DNA from: an uncultured Planctomycetales bacterium
GTDB lineage: Bacteria > Omnitrophota > Gorgyraeia > Zapsychrales > JANLHA01
Length of the DNA stretch: 64,000 nt
Direction: 5' to 3'
Assembly: GCA_964489065.1 (NCBI GenBank)
Contig: CAZAXH010000004.1
Location: 150,304 to 214,303, forward strand
The notes under the pieces were generated by a model. It did no database searches, was not told where the DNA came from, and saw only the letters and a program-made list of their open reading frames with translations. The first letter of the stretch is position 1; each line of letters begins with the position of its first letter. This document shows positions 54,174 through 63,690 of the stretch, one piece after another. The translations under genes and the position numbers were made by a program.

Positions 54174-56498
54174 TTATATCGCCCCGCCGGATATTGCCTG
54201 ATCAAGCGCCTGACGCACCGCAACCCCCAGATCCTTTACTGTCAGCGGTTTTTGTATAAGCCGGACCCCCTTCCCCAGGACTCCCCGGGGAGCGATAATA
54301 TTGGCCGTATAGCCTGACATATACAAGCATTTCAACCCGGGCTTCATGGAAACGAGTTTTTCCGCGACATCCCGGCCAGACATCTCCGGGAGCACCACAT
54401 CCGTGAGTAAAAGTTGAATTTCTTCCGAATGTTTTTCAAACAGCCCTATGGCTTCCCGGGGCGACCGGGCCGTCAACGTCACATACCCTAATTTTTTGAG
54501 GATGCTCGCGCACAAGTTGAGAATCGACTCCTCATCATCAAGAATCAAAATGGTTTCTGTTCCCCGTATTAATATATCGGCTTGCGCAAGCCCCCCGGCC
54601 TCCACCCTTCGGTCCTTCTCCCGGGGGAAATACACCTGGAACGCCGTCCCCTCTCCCGGCTTGCTGCACACGTCAATATAACCGTTGTTCTGCTTGACAA
54701 TGCCGTACACGGTGGCTAATCCAAGTCCGGTATTTCTCGCCTGATCCTTTGTGCTAAAAAAGGGCTCGAATATATGGGACAGCGTCTCCTCGTCCATGCC
54801 GCGGCCATTGTCCGTAATAGAAATCAGCGTGTAATCACCGGGGACAAGCCCCTTGTGGCCGGCACAATAAGCGTCATCAAAAGAACAATTCCCTGTCGCG
54901 ATGATGAGTTTTCCCACATCCGATATAGCGTCGCGGGCATTGAGACACAGGTTGGTCAGCACTTGATCGATCTGACTGGGATCGATCTTCACCGGCCACA
55001 AATCCGCGGCGGGACTCCAAATCAGCTCAATGTTTTCCCCGATAAGACGCTCAAGCATCTTCAGCATGCTGAAGATAGTGTCGTTCAAGTCTAAAACACG
55101 CGGGGAAACGGTCTGTTTGCGCGCGAACGCCAACAATTGCCTGGTCAAAGCCGCCGACCGCCGGGCAGCGGCCTCGACTTCTTGAAGCTGGACATAAAGC
55201 GGATCTTCCGGCGCGATATTCATAAGCGTTAATTCCGCGTAACCAATAATGACCGAAAGCATGTTGTTAAAGTCATGGGCCACGCCGCCTGCGAGCCGCC
55301 CCACCGATTCCATCTTCTGCGCCTGGGCCAGTTGGGCCTGCAGTTTCTCCTTCTCCTGATCCGCCTGTTCCCTCTCCGTGATATCCTCAACCATCTCAAT
55401 GACAGCCGTGACCTCCTTCGCCGCGTTGAAAACAGGAAAAGCAACGAGACGGTAACTGCGCAGGCTGTTCCCCCGCTGAGTTTTTGTCATGACTTCATGG
55501 ACTAACCCGTTCTGCAGAGTCTTTTGGGCAGGACAAAACTCACAAACATCTTCACGCGGCGGGTCATGAAATACTTTGTAACAGAGGGGACACTGACTCA
55601 AATCAACGGTTGGAAACCACTCGCGCATTTGGCGGTTGACTTCACAAATCTCCATCTTAGGATTTATGAGGACCACGCCTATCCCTATGTTCTCCAGAAT
55701 GCCGCGCAATTTCGCCTCACTCGCTTCCAGAGCTTGCTTAGCCCGATTGCGTTCCCCGATGTCCACCAAAACGGCAATATTGCCAGAAATGCGCCCGTCC
55801 GCGTCATGAAGGGGCGAGGCATAAATGCTATAATCGATCGGTGTCCCGTCACGCCTCTGGCGGCGCACTTCGACACCGTTAAGAGTCAACCCTTTGCGGA
55901 TTCTTTCCCGGAATCCCTCAAATTCCCCTTGCCGCTCCGTTGGGACGCTCGGCAGAGGGCGGCCCATCACCTCCTGGGCGCTCCAGCCAAGCATCTTTTC
56001 CGCGGCCGCGTTCCAAACGCTATGGACGTTCCCGTCCAGGTCCAGACCAATAATGGCCGTCGGCACAGCCTCAATGACGGCCCGAAGCAGATCATGAGAC
56101 TGCCGCAATTCCTTCTCGGCTTTCCGGCGCGCGGCGTCGGGGTCGATTATCCCCGCGATATGACTCGTCTTCCCGGAAGAATCGCTCATAGGAACAAAAA
56201 CCGCATGAAAAGATTGACGGCCCATCGCCAAAGGAGGCGCGTCCTCGCCATAACCGACGGGTGTCCCTTCGCTCAGACAGCGTTGGCATCGGTCTCTTAA
56301 TGTCGCCGAATCTTCCCGGGAAAACCCGGGGATTTCGGGGAATTCCCTGCCAACGGCATCCTCCCGGCAAAAGCCGGTCGCTTTCTCAAAAGCCGGATTA
56401 AGGTAGCCAAACGTAAAACTCCCCGTGCGCTCAATATTGATGATAAAAAGCGGAACCTCCAGGTACTCGCAAAGGCCATAAAATATTCCCTCCTGCAT
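54174..56498 (-). CDS. hybrid sensor histidine kinase: multiple PAS domains, HisKA, HATPase_c, C-terminal receiver domain
   Basis: Phospho-acceptor His box GGVAHDFNNMLSVIIGYAEL, ATPase G-boxes DNGRGMD...GLGLATV, REC ILILDDEES...LLLTDVVLPEMSG. AGGAGGT SD. Confidence 0.85.
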   Translation of the reverse strand: MQEGIFYGLCEYLEVPLFIINIERTGSFTFGYLNPAFEKATGFCREDAVGREFPEIPGFSREDSATLRDRCQRCLSEGTPVGYGEDAPPLAMGRQSFHAVFVPMSDSSGKTSHIAGIIDPDAARRKAEKELRQSHDLLRAVIEAVPTAIIGLDLDGNVHSVWNAAAEKMLGWSAQEVMGRPLPSVPTERQGEFEGFRERIRKGLTLNGVEVRRQRRDGTPIDYSIYASPLHDADGRISGNIAVLVDIGERNRAKQALEASEAKLRGILENIGIGVVLINPKMEICEVNRQMREWFPTVDLSQCPLCYKVFHDPPREDVCEFCPAQKTLQNGLVHEVMTKTQRGNSLRSYRLVAFPVFNAAKEVTAVIEMVEDITEREQADQEKEKLQAQLAQAQKMESVGRLAGGVAHDFNNMLSVIIGYAELTLMNIAPEDPLYVQLQEVEAAARRSAALTRQLLAFARKQTVSPRVLDLNDTIFSMLKMLERLIGENIELIWSPAADLWPVKIDPSQIDQVLTNLCLNARDAISDVGKLIIATGNCSFDDAYCAGHKGLVPGDYTLISITDNGRGMDEETLSHIFEPFFSTKDQARNTGLGLATVYGIVKQNNGYIDVCSKPGEGTAFQVYFPREKDRRVEAGGLAQADILIRGTETILILDDEESILNLCASILKKLGYVTLTARSPREAIGLFEKHSEEIQLLLTDVVLPEMSGRDVAEKLVSMKPGLKCLYMSGYTANIIAPRGVLGKGVRLIQKPLTVKDLGVAVRQALDQAISGGAI

Positions 56499-56661
56499 AC
56501 GGCACCTCCTTATATCTTTAATACCTGTATTTCATAGAAGGAATTCTTGCGCAGTCCATAAGTTCCTTAAAAATGACGCCCCCTCTTATCAAGCATTCCT
56601 GTTTCCCGCCGTTATGGTCTATTTCTTAATCAAAGGCATGAACCCCAGAGCAAGATCTGGA

Positions 56662-56802
56662 CTCAATAAACCGCAACAAGCCTCCGGGGTATTAAACCCA
56701 TATCCTTCGACTCCTTCGCTTGGGCTCTCTCGTCTCAGGATCAATTCGCATTTTTAATTTACACTCCTTTCGGTCGTGTAAATTAAATGCTCATTAAATA
56801 AA
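56662..56802. repeat. ~140 bp intergenic repeat element, copy 2, hairpin ATTTACAC-N11-GTGTAAAT at 56757-56783
   Basis: About 80% identical to 12151-12290. Stem positions 1 and 8 show compensatory G>A and C>T changes relative to copy 1. Confidence 0.7.
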
Positions 56803-57054
56803 CCCCTGCAAAAAAGACGCGATGACGAGCCAAAGGACAAAAGCCGATAAACCAACGCAAATGTTTAAAATGATTTTTAAAAAAACCGGGAACCTCGATT
56901 TATAAATAGCCCTATTAATAACATACGCGCCCCCACCCAACCCACCGCCGATGAGGCCCCCGACCAACACCAAAATTAACGGCCACCCGCACATGACATG
57001 GACTTTTAAAGGCAATTTCTCCTTTTTCGGTTCCGCGCCTGTTTCTTGATTCAT
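56794..57054 (-). CDS. small membrane protein (86 aa, 2 TM)
   Basis: ATG start and hydrophobic helices. Its stop lies inside the repeat element. Confidence 0.45.
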   Translation of the reverse strand: MNQETGAEPKKEKLPLKVHVMCGWPLILVLVGGLIGGGLGGGAYVINRAIYKSRFPVFLKIILNICVGLSAFVLWLVIASFLQGFI

Positions 57055-57177
57055 TGTGATCTCCTTCTATAATGAATAAACGTCACCGGCAGCCGGACAA
57101 AAACCGCAGCGAGCCATCGCTTGTCCGAGCCTCTTAACGCGCGTCTTCAACGGTGAACCGCGGGCTGCCGCCCAGCA

Positions 57178-57381
57178 TTATTTCAATACCTGGCTTTCCG
57201 TCCCGTCTCTGGGCGCTTCACCAAAATGCAGGACAGCCAGCCATAATATCCCCGACAGGACACAATAAATGACACCAACGGACACAAGGGTTACAGACAG
57301 CACTTTATTCTTTTTTCTAAAGAAGACCACCATGCCCGCCGCAATAAATATGACCCCAACACAGCCAATCAGCAATATCAT
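57178..57381 (-). CDS. small membrane protein (67 aa, 2 TM)
   Basis: ATG at 57381 with GAGGAG SD (MILLIGCVGVIFIAAGMVVFF...). The longer track ORF starts at a non-ATG codon. Confidence 0.45.
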   Translation of the reverse strand: MILLIGCVGVIFIAAGMVVFFRKKNKVLSVTLVSVGVIYCVLSGILWLAVLHFGEAPRDGTESQVLK

Positions 57382-57495
57382 TTTTACTCCTCTGAAACAC
57401 AAAAAAACGGCGCGAATTTCTCTCCCCCGGACAAAGACAACGGGACCCGCAACGTTTTGTGTCCGCCGGCAGCACCGGGTCATGCATTGTTTACA

Positions 57496-58200
57496 TCAAT
57501 CCGTCTTCTCTCCCGGGTCCGGATAGATTCTTTTATATTCCTCCGGATAATATTTCTTGAAACAGTCAGGGCAAATGCTGTGGCTGATATCCGCTTCGGA
57601 GTGTTTTCTGATATAAACATCAACCTGTTCCCAATACCCCTTGTCATCCCTCACCTTTTTGCAGAAACAGCATAAAGGCAATATGCCCCTTAAGCTTTTA
57701 ATCTCCGCCAAGGACTCCTGAAGTTTCTTGATAAGTTCTTCCCGTTCTTTTTCGGCCTGTTTTTTCCCGCTGATGTCCCGGCATATGCAGAATATCAGTT
57801 TCTGCCCCCGGTAAACGGCCCCGTTGTTGCTGAGCTCCACATCTATGAGCCGGCCATCTTTGCGGCGGTGGCGCGTCTCAAAGTGATGCCCTGCAGCGTC
57901 GACGCTTTTGGCCATTTCCAATATGTGCTCTTTATTATGAACAGCGTCCCAGTCCCACGCATGAAGATGACACACGTCTTCCCTCGAATAACCAAGCATA
58001 TCGGCAAACCGGCTATTGGCGTCATAAACCTTGGCGTTTTGGTCAAGGATAACGATGCCGTCCCGGGATTCCTCCACCCAAAGACGCCGCCAATTGATTT
58101 CATCCTTCAGCAAAATTTCGGTTTTTTTAAATTCAAGTTCAACCGCTTCCAATTCCAGGATCCGCCTTTCCAGCTCTTCATAAGTCGGTTTTCCAGACAT
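57496..58200 (-). CDS. stand-alone PAS-domain protein with coiled-coil flanks and C-terminal Cys4 zinc-ribbon-like motif
   Basis: PAS S-box region (DGIVILDQNAKVYDANSRFADMLGYSREDV...). C-terminus LPLCCFCKKVRDDKGYWEQVDVYIRKHSEADISHSICPDCFKKYY. Confidence 0.7.
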   Translation of the reverse strand: MSGKPTYEELERRILELEAVELEFKKTEILLKDEINWRRLWVEESRDGIVILDQNAKVYDANSRFADMLGYSREDVCHLHAWDWDAVHNKEHILEMAKSVDAAGHHFETRHRRKDGRLIDVELSNNGAVYRGQKLIFCICRDISGKKQAEKEREELIKKLQESLAEIKSLRGILPLCCFCKKVRDDKGYWEQVDVYIRKHSEADISHSICPDCFKKYYPEEYKRIYPDPGEKTD

Positions 58201-58443
58201 AATGACTCTCCTGTTTCAATATAAAGACTCTGTGCGGGCGCTCCTCCCCAGCCTGGGCTTGCCGCAGGAAAAGTCCGCGGAGAATGGATGTTTATATTAC
58301 CCCGAGGCTCATGTCTCCGGTTTCATAATACCACAAATTAAAACCTCCCGGATATTCTTCCCTTGTATATTCAACCGCCTTGCCGCGCAAAATAATTTAA
58401 CCCTGTTTAACGATGCCGGACGAGGGATTCCTTATAAGTTAAT

Positions 58444-58851
58444 TTACTTAAGGCCATGCTCATTGAAAAACGGGCCATACTCTTTGTCAGAACCCTTAAT
58501 ATGGTCCTTTAGCCAGTTACTCAAAAATCTCATAACTTCAACTGATAAACAAACCTTCCCTTGAGCAAAATCATCCTTGAACTGGGCGGCCTTTTGGGTA
58601 AAGTCAGAATGTTGTTTCTTGTGGATATTCGTTTTGGGGTATTTGAACTTATCAAAATATTTTTCTTCGGTTTGAAAATGTATGACGGCATAACGAACAA
58701 GGCCATCAATAACTTCACCAAGGATGGCGTCGGCTTTGCCCACGATCATGGCTTCATAAAGTTCATTGAGCATCCCGACAAGCTTTTTATGCTGTAAATC
58801 AATCTCAACAACATTAACGCTAAAACTGTCATCCCACTGAATGAGCGGCAT
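58444..58851 (-). CDS. hemerythrin-like metal-binding protein (bacteriohemerythrin)
   Basis: MPLIQWDDSFSVNVVEIDLQHKKL..., with hemerythrin H-HxxxE-H-HxxxD ligands. ATG at 58851 with GGGGGGA SD. The track start 58992 is TTG and would overlap the CBS gene. Confidence 0.8.
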   Translation of the reverse strand: MPLIQWDDSFSVNVVEIDLQHKKLVGMLNELYEAMIVGKADAILGEVIDGLVRYAVIHFQTEEKYFDKFKYPKTNIHKKQHSDFTQKAAQFKDDFAQGKVCLSVEVMRFLSNWLKDHIKGSDKEYGPFFNEHGLK

Positions 58852-58939
58852 TCTTTTCCCCCCTTCTTTATTATCCCATATAACGTCGCAAATCACGGGC
58901 GGCGGAACGCCGCCCCGCGGCATGGACCTCGCGGAACAT

Positions 58940-59908
58940 TTATCTGAAATATTCAATATCGGCGCTAAGAAGCTCGCCAGCAATGTCCTCAAGGGTCACG
59001 ATGCCCACGCAATGCTTCTGGTTGTCAACCACCGCCACCAAATGCTCTTTGTTCTGGATCATCGTGTGAAGAGCCGTCATCAGGGTGGCGTAGCGGTCCA
59101 CCATGGGGATGGGCTTCGCCTGAGCCATCAACTGGGCAAGCTCACCGCGCGTGGCCGGGAAAGCCTTCTTCGTCACGATGTACGCGTAAATGTCTTTCGC
59201 GTCCGCGCTACTGCTCAAGGGATAGCGCGTGTGTCCGCTCTCCTTGATCATTGCAAAAAGCGCGTCCGGCGTCGCGTCTTTGGAAAGAAATTGAATACGC
59301 TCCTGCGGGATCATGGCGGTCGTAATCGCGGCATGACTGAGGCGCACCGCGTTGACGATGATGTTTTCTTGTTCCAGGTTGATGAACTTGCCGGACCGCG
59401 CGAGCGAGGCCAGCGTCACAAGGTCCGCGGTCGTGATCTGTTCGGATTCCCCGTGAGCCGTAAGCCCTTTGAACATGGATTCACTTAGCAAGATGACCGG
59501 CTGAAGCAGGCGCGTGGTGACTTCCAGGACCGGACCGGCATAGGGCGCCAGTCGGTCGCGGAACGTCACCCCGATGACTTTGGGCAGGATCTCGGTTCCG
59601 AAAAGAACGATGACGGTGAACAAGACAGAGAACACCCAAATACTGCCTTCGCCGTATATCTCCGCGAAAGCCCCGCCGGCAATCGTCGCGCCGCCCGTGT
59701 GGGCAACCGTGTTGAGAACGAGAATCGCCGTGATCGGCCGGGCGACGTTCTTCTTGAGGCGTCTCCACGATTCCGCGGCGCGTGGACGAGCCGCCTGAAG
59801 GCGATTCAGGGTCAGGGGGTTAAAACTCAACAGGATCGCCTCTGCCAGTGAGCAGAGGAACGAAACAGCAATCGCAACGGTCGAACTGATAATAAGAATG
59901 AATTTCAT
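58940..59908 (-). CDS. DUF21 (CNNM) transmembrane domain protein with tandem CBS domains (CorC/HlyC-family transporter-like)
   Basis: Four N-terminal TM helices (DUF21) followed by a CBS pair. 322 aa. Confidence 0.75.
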   Translation of the reverse strand: MKFILIISSTVAIAVSFLCSLAEAILLSFNPLTLNRLQAARPRAAESWRRLKKNVARPITAILVLNTVAHTGGATIAGGAFAEIYGEGSIWVFSVLFTVIVLFGTEILPKVIGVTFRDRLAPYAGPVLEVTTRLLQPVILLSESMFKGLTAHGESEQITTADLVTLASLARSGKFINLEQENIIVNAVRLSHAAITTAMIPQERIQFLSKDATPDALFAMIKESGHTRYPLSSSADAKDIYAYIVTKKAFPATRGELAQLMAQAKPIPMVDRYATLMTALHTMIQNKEHLVAVVDNQKHCVGIVTLEDIAGELLSADIEYFR

Positions 59909-60003
59909 GGTTTGGTTTCTTTTTCTCCTCCGCCGGGCGCCTTCCGGGCGTTGTCATACGATAGACAGATTCGTTCATGTCTTCATCATACCCGGGTTCG
60001 CCA

Positions 60004-60501
60004 CTACATGTGTGGCGGATGTATAATGACCCACACCGTTGCGATCCCGACAGTTATTGCATTTATAAACAAAGTAAGAAAAAATCTTTTCTTATTTATC
60101 CTCTGTTTCCAGATGAGACGCACGGTGCCCAGCTCAATCCCGGCGTTGACAGCACCACCAAAAATCGGGACAAAAAACCATGCGACCGGATTAAATGTCC
60201 CCCAGCTGAACAACCAATTCACGAGCATTCCCAGTGAAAGTTCATACGCTATCCCGGACAGAGGCCTGGCTAGCAAGCCCATAATCCCGGAGGCCAAATT
60301 AGCGGTAACTGTATAAAGCAAAGCATTTTTATAGTTGATGGAAAACAGCCATTTGAAAAACCAATATTCAAGGAGAAGACTTATCCCGATAATTGGCAAG
60401 GAACTAATTTTTGTTTCTGCGTACAAAGCAGGCCACACAACATCAGCATACGCGGCTGTCGGGAATAAAATCAAAAATAGCGCGATCCATCGTTTTTTCA
60501 T
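60004..60501 (-). CDS. membrane protein with signal peptide (166 aa)
   Basis: ATG at 60501 (MKKRWIALFLILFPTAAYA). Choosing it removes the overlap with the upstream lipoprotein gene. Confidence 0.5.
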   Translation of the reverse strand: MKKRWIALFLILFPTAAYADVVWPALYAETKISSLPIIGISLLLEYWFFKWLFSINYKNALLYTVTANLASGIMGLLARPLSGIAYELSLGMLVNWLFSWGTFNPVAWFFVPIFGGAVNAGIELGTVRLIWKQRINKKRFFLTLFINAITVGIATVWVIIHPPHM

Positions 60502-60532
60502 ATCTGTTGGACGAACGCAATCATCAGCGGAT

Positions 60533-60991
60533 TTACTTATTAGCGATTTTTTTAAATTCCCGGTATTGATCGGGATCGGGATTATTCCCCCCAAAAATCG
60601 ATAAAGACACGCCTTCCTGATGTCCATCAATAACCCACCATATTTGATTTATGGGTTTCCATGATATTCCATCTTGCTCTGGCACTTCCATCAGGACATC
60701 CGAGAGGTGTATATCTGCCTTTTGAAGTCGCCAATGCCCTGTTTGAATAATAGCGTTTGAAGTCTTTGCCAACAACACTTCTTGTTTGAATGTCCCGTCC
60801 GGGACAAATTCAATGTTAATAATACCATCGTTTGTGGATATTCCTTTATAAAGACCGGGATTAATTTCATATTGCCAATTTCCCATGATATCAGCGATGG
60901 AAACGTTTTCTTTCGTAGGTTCGGGAAGAAAAGCGTGCCCGCAGCCAGAAAGCAGTATTAGAAGAAGAGGCAGTATAAACAATTTTTTCAT
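60533..60991 (-). CDS. lipoprotein (hypothetical)
   Basis: ATG at 60991 gives MKKLFILPLLLILLSGC, a lipobox. The track start 61015 is TTG. Confidence 0.55.
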   Translation of the reverse strand: MKKLFILPLLLILLSGCGHAFLPEPTKENVSIADIMGNWQYEINPGLYKGISTNDGIINIEFVPDGTFKQEVLLAKTSNAIIQTGHWRLQKADIHLSDVLMEVPEQDGISWKPINQIWWVIDGHQEGVSLSIFGGNNPDPDQYREFKKIANK

Positions 60992-61167
60992 TTTATTATG
61001 CGACGAACTCAACAAAGCGCGAGGCCTGCCAACGGTGGCCGAGCCCCACGCCCGTTTCTTTTAAATTCCGGAGACGCACCTAATTCATAAGCGCATTAGG
61101 TACGTGTCCTCCAAATTCCGCACACTTCCCCGCAGACTGCGCGTAACCTCAACGCGCTGGATGGGCG

Positions 61168-61887
61168 CTATTTCTGGGCCTCGAGTTTCTCCAGGAACTT
61201 CTGGCCCAGTTCCCCCAGGATCTGGTCACGCAGGTTGATCTGCATTCTCTTCTGTTTGTCCTCCAGGAACCAGCTGGGCGTTACCCCTTGAGCTTGGGTC
61301 TCCGTGTTCACCAGGAACACGACGCGGCCGTCTTCGGTATCAACCAGCGCTCCCGCGGCTTTCGCTTCCGCCTTGACCGTTTGGCTCGGGATGATGGCTC
61401 CGCCAATGATGGTGATGTCAAAAATACCGAGCGGCGAACCGATTGTTTCGATGTCGATGTTGCCGCCGAAGAGAAACACGTAGTCGGCGCCGAGTTCTTT
61501 CGCGAGCTTGCGCATCGCCGTGGTGCGCTTGGCGAACTTCACAGCCTCGGCCTCAATGTCCTCTTCTTTCTGCTGGTAGTAGCCATAGCCGGTCTGTTCG
61601 GCCCCTAGCTGCGGGATGTCAATGACTTCCGAGATGAGCGTGGGGCTGTTTTGCAGCAAGGACGTGAATGACTTGGGAGGCGCCACCTCACCAATCTGGG
61701 TGACGCCCAGTTTGATCGGCTTGGTAAATGCGCCCTGTGTGGATGACTCGGGTTGGTCGTAGTAGAGCCCATACACAAGTTTCGTGTAGGTGGATGAACC
61801 GTACTCACGCGGTGACAATCCGGTGGTGTAGCAGCCGGTCATGCCCATCAGCGCAAATGCTGTTATTGTGATGATCCATCTTCTCAC
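61168..61887 (-). CDS. lipoprotein (hypothetical; LpoB/FlgP-like size and topology)
   Basis: GTG at 61887 preceded by GGAGGA gives MRRWIITITAFALMGMTGC. The track start 61920 is TTG. Confidence 0.5.
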   Translation of the reverse strand: MRRWIITITAFALMGMTGCYTTGLSPREYGSSTYTKLVYGLYYDQPESSTQGAFTKPIKLGVTQIGEVAPPKSFTSLLQNSPTLISEVIDIPQLGAEQTGYGYYQQKEEDIEAEAVKFAKRTTAMRKLAKELGADYVFLFGGNIDIETIGSPLGIFDITIIGGAIIPSQTVKAEAKAAGALVDTEDGRVVFLVNTETQAQGVTPSWFLEDKQKRMQINLRDQILGELGQKFLEKLEAQK

Positions 61888-62061
61888 TACCTTCCTCCTC
61901 TCTTCATATCCGCCGTCCAATGGACAGGGGAATGAAGTTGTTATAGGTTTTATTTAAATTCCATAAATTCCCGTGACGCGTACCCAACGCCCCAAGATCA
62001 TCGGCAACGCGAGCCGCCACTGCTGGCGAAGCGATGACCGATGGATTTGGTTGTTAGAAGT

Positions 62062-62376
62062 TTATTTTTCAGGTAGTTCTTCTTTTTTGTTGCAAAGATT
62101 GCCGTATTTAGTTTGTGTATAAATAGTGTAAGGCAAAACTACGGTATCGGCTACCAAACTAAACGGCATGTCTAAAATTATAAATCCAGCGTCTTCACAT
62201 GGTCCTTCCTGTAAAAAACGCATATCATTAGATATGCCGGAATAAACTCTAGTAATGGTATTTCGTGTGTTACAATCGAATTTTTCAATATTACGCCCCA
62301 CTGAAAGTGTAGCTATGGACGAACAGCCAGATGAGATGATGATACACAAGGAAACTATGGTGAATTTAACTTTCAT
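62062..62376 (-). CDS. small lipoprotein in AT-rich region
   Basis: MKVKFTIVSLCIIISSGCSS lipobox. GC about 30%. Confidence 0.5.
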   Translation of the reverse strand: MKVKFTIVSLCIIISSGCSSIATLSVGRNIEKFDCNTRNTITRVYSGISNDMRFLQEGPCEDAGFIILDMPFSLVADTVVLPYTIYTQTKYGNLCNKKEELPEK

Positions 62377-62475
62377 AAATTTACTTGTGCCAAACCAAGA
62401 TGAAAACGCATAAATCTTGCATGTCCCCCATAAACCATGCGCGCACTTTTTGTTTTAACTTGTCATCTTTGAACG

Positions 62476-63690
62476 TTATTGATTTATTTTTAATAAATAT
62501 CTGCCACCACCAAAACTTTTACCACAGACAGGGCATGACGATTTTGCTTTATTCGTCCAAAAACTAAAATGCAACTTTTCCTTGCTACATGATTCACATA
62601 TTCTTGTGTAGCATTGGCAACACTCTACTGCGGCAATTTCAGATGGGTATTGGAATATCAGTGGATCCCAATCAAGCGGGGTGCTTTGCACCTTATTATT
62701 ACAAACAGAACAGGAAAAAGTTTCTACCCCAGGCGATTTTGTAAAATCCACCCCCTTAATCTTCTTAATAAGATACGTTGTGAACCTTAAATTGCTAACC
62801 CCGCCTATCGTAATAATCTTCCCCGATTGTAATGTCAGGATGACGGCATTACCAAGAATCCCGTTCTTTATGTCACATCCCTTTATATCCTCAAGCCAGA
62901 CGCTCCTCAAAGATATTCCTGCTGTCTTATCAATATAAAAGAACCTGTTGTTTGTTAAAACATACTGCTCCGCAGGCTCAAAGAATATAAGATATTCCCC
63001 TTCTTCCGGGATGACTGAAGTAAATACGTTTATTAAGAAATTGTTTTTAATGAACTCCTTATTAAACTCTTCTAGTGCACAAGCAGCTTTGTATTTATAA
63101 TATCCAGAGAACCCGCAAAGTTTTCCGCCCTGCCATGCCTCATAAGTATTTTTAAGTACCGCATCTACCGCACTCCCCCGCTCTTTTGTTCTGTCTATTT
63201 GCTCAGCGATATTAACATCGTCCATGATTTCCCGAACATTATAATCGAACCTGCCGGGAAACCGTTCTAGGGTCTTCAAGAACTCCGCAATTGTTTTTTT
63301 GATTTCTAAATGAGCCTTTTCATCATGAAAAATATCTAATAACATGCTCATCGCCACCGCATCTTTATAAGAGAGATTTTTAAGTTTCTGGAGGGCGGTA
63401 CGCTGAATAATTAAATCTGTTTGCGTTTTGACACATTCCAAACACTCGGCTGGGTCAATCTTTTTATACTCTATATATCCCTGCCAGAGCGCAATAGCGG
63501 CTATCCGACTGCCCTGAAATGCGCCGTATAGTATTCCCGCAATCCATACAAAACCGATCGGCGACAGCTCTGGAACCTTACCTACCCCAATGAACACTAA
63601 AACCATTGAAAAACCCACCACAGCGTTAAAGAACCATTTATAAGTCACTTCAAAAACATTTTTCGATCGAAATAATTTATTATAATCCAT
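62476..63690 (-). CDS. membrane protein with bacterial PH-like domain and C-terminal multi-Cys zinc ribbon, in AT-rich region
   Basis: ATG at 63690 with AGAAGGA SD. Two TM helices. C-terminal CSVCNN...CCQCYTRICESC...CPVCGK. Confidence 0.55.
   Translation of the reverse strand: MDYNKLFRSKNVFEVTYKWFFNAVVGFSMVLVFIGVGKVPELSPIGFVWIAGILYGAFQGSRIAAIALWQGYIEYKKIDPAECLECVKTQTDLIIQRTALQKLKNLSYKDAVAMSMLLDIFHDEKAHLEIKKTIAEFLKTLERFPGRFDYNVREIMDDVNIAEQIDRTKERGSAVDAVLKNTYEAWQGGKLCGFSGYYKYKAACALEEFNKEFIKNNFLINVFTSVIPEEGEYLIFFEPAEQYVLTNNRFFYIDKTAGISLRSVWLEDIKGCDIKNGILGNAVILTLQSGKIITIGGVSNLRFTTYLIKKIKGVDFTKSPGVETFSCSVCNNKVQSTPLDWDPLIFQYPSEIAAVECCQCYTRICESCSKEKLHFSFWTNKAKSSCPVCGKSFGGGRYLLKINQ

Noticed and set aside
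58852-58992. Long form of the hemerythrin ORF starting at 58992 and overlapping the CBS gene by 53 nt.
   Set aside because: The first codon is TTG (the track prints M), and the N-terminal 47 aa are non-homologous. An ATG at 58851 with a GGGGGGA SD gives the canonical hemerythrin N-terminus MPLIQWDD.
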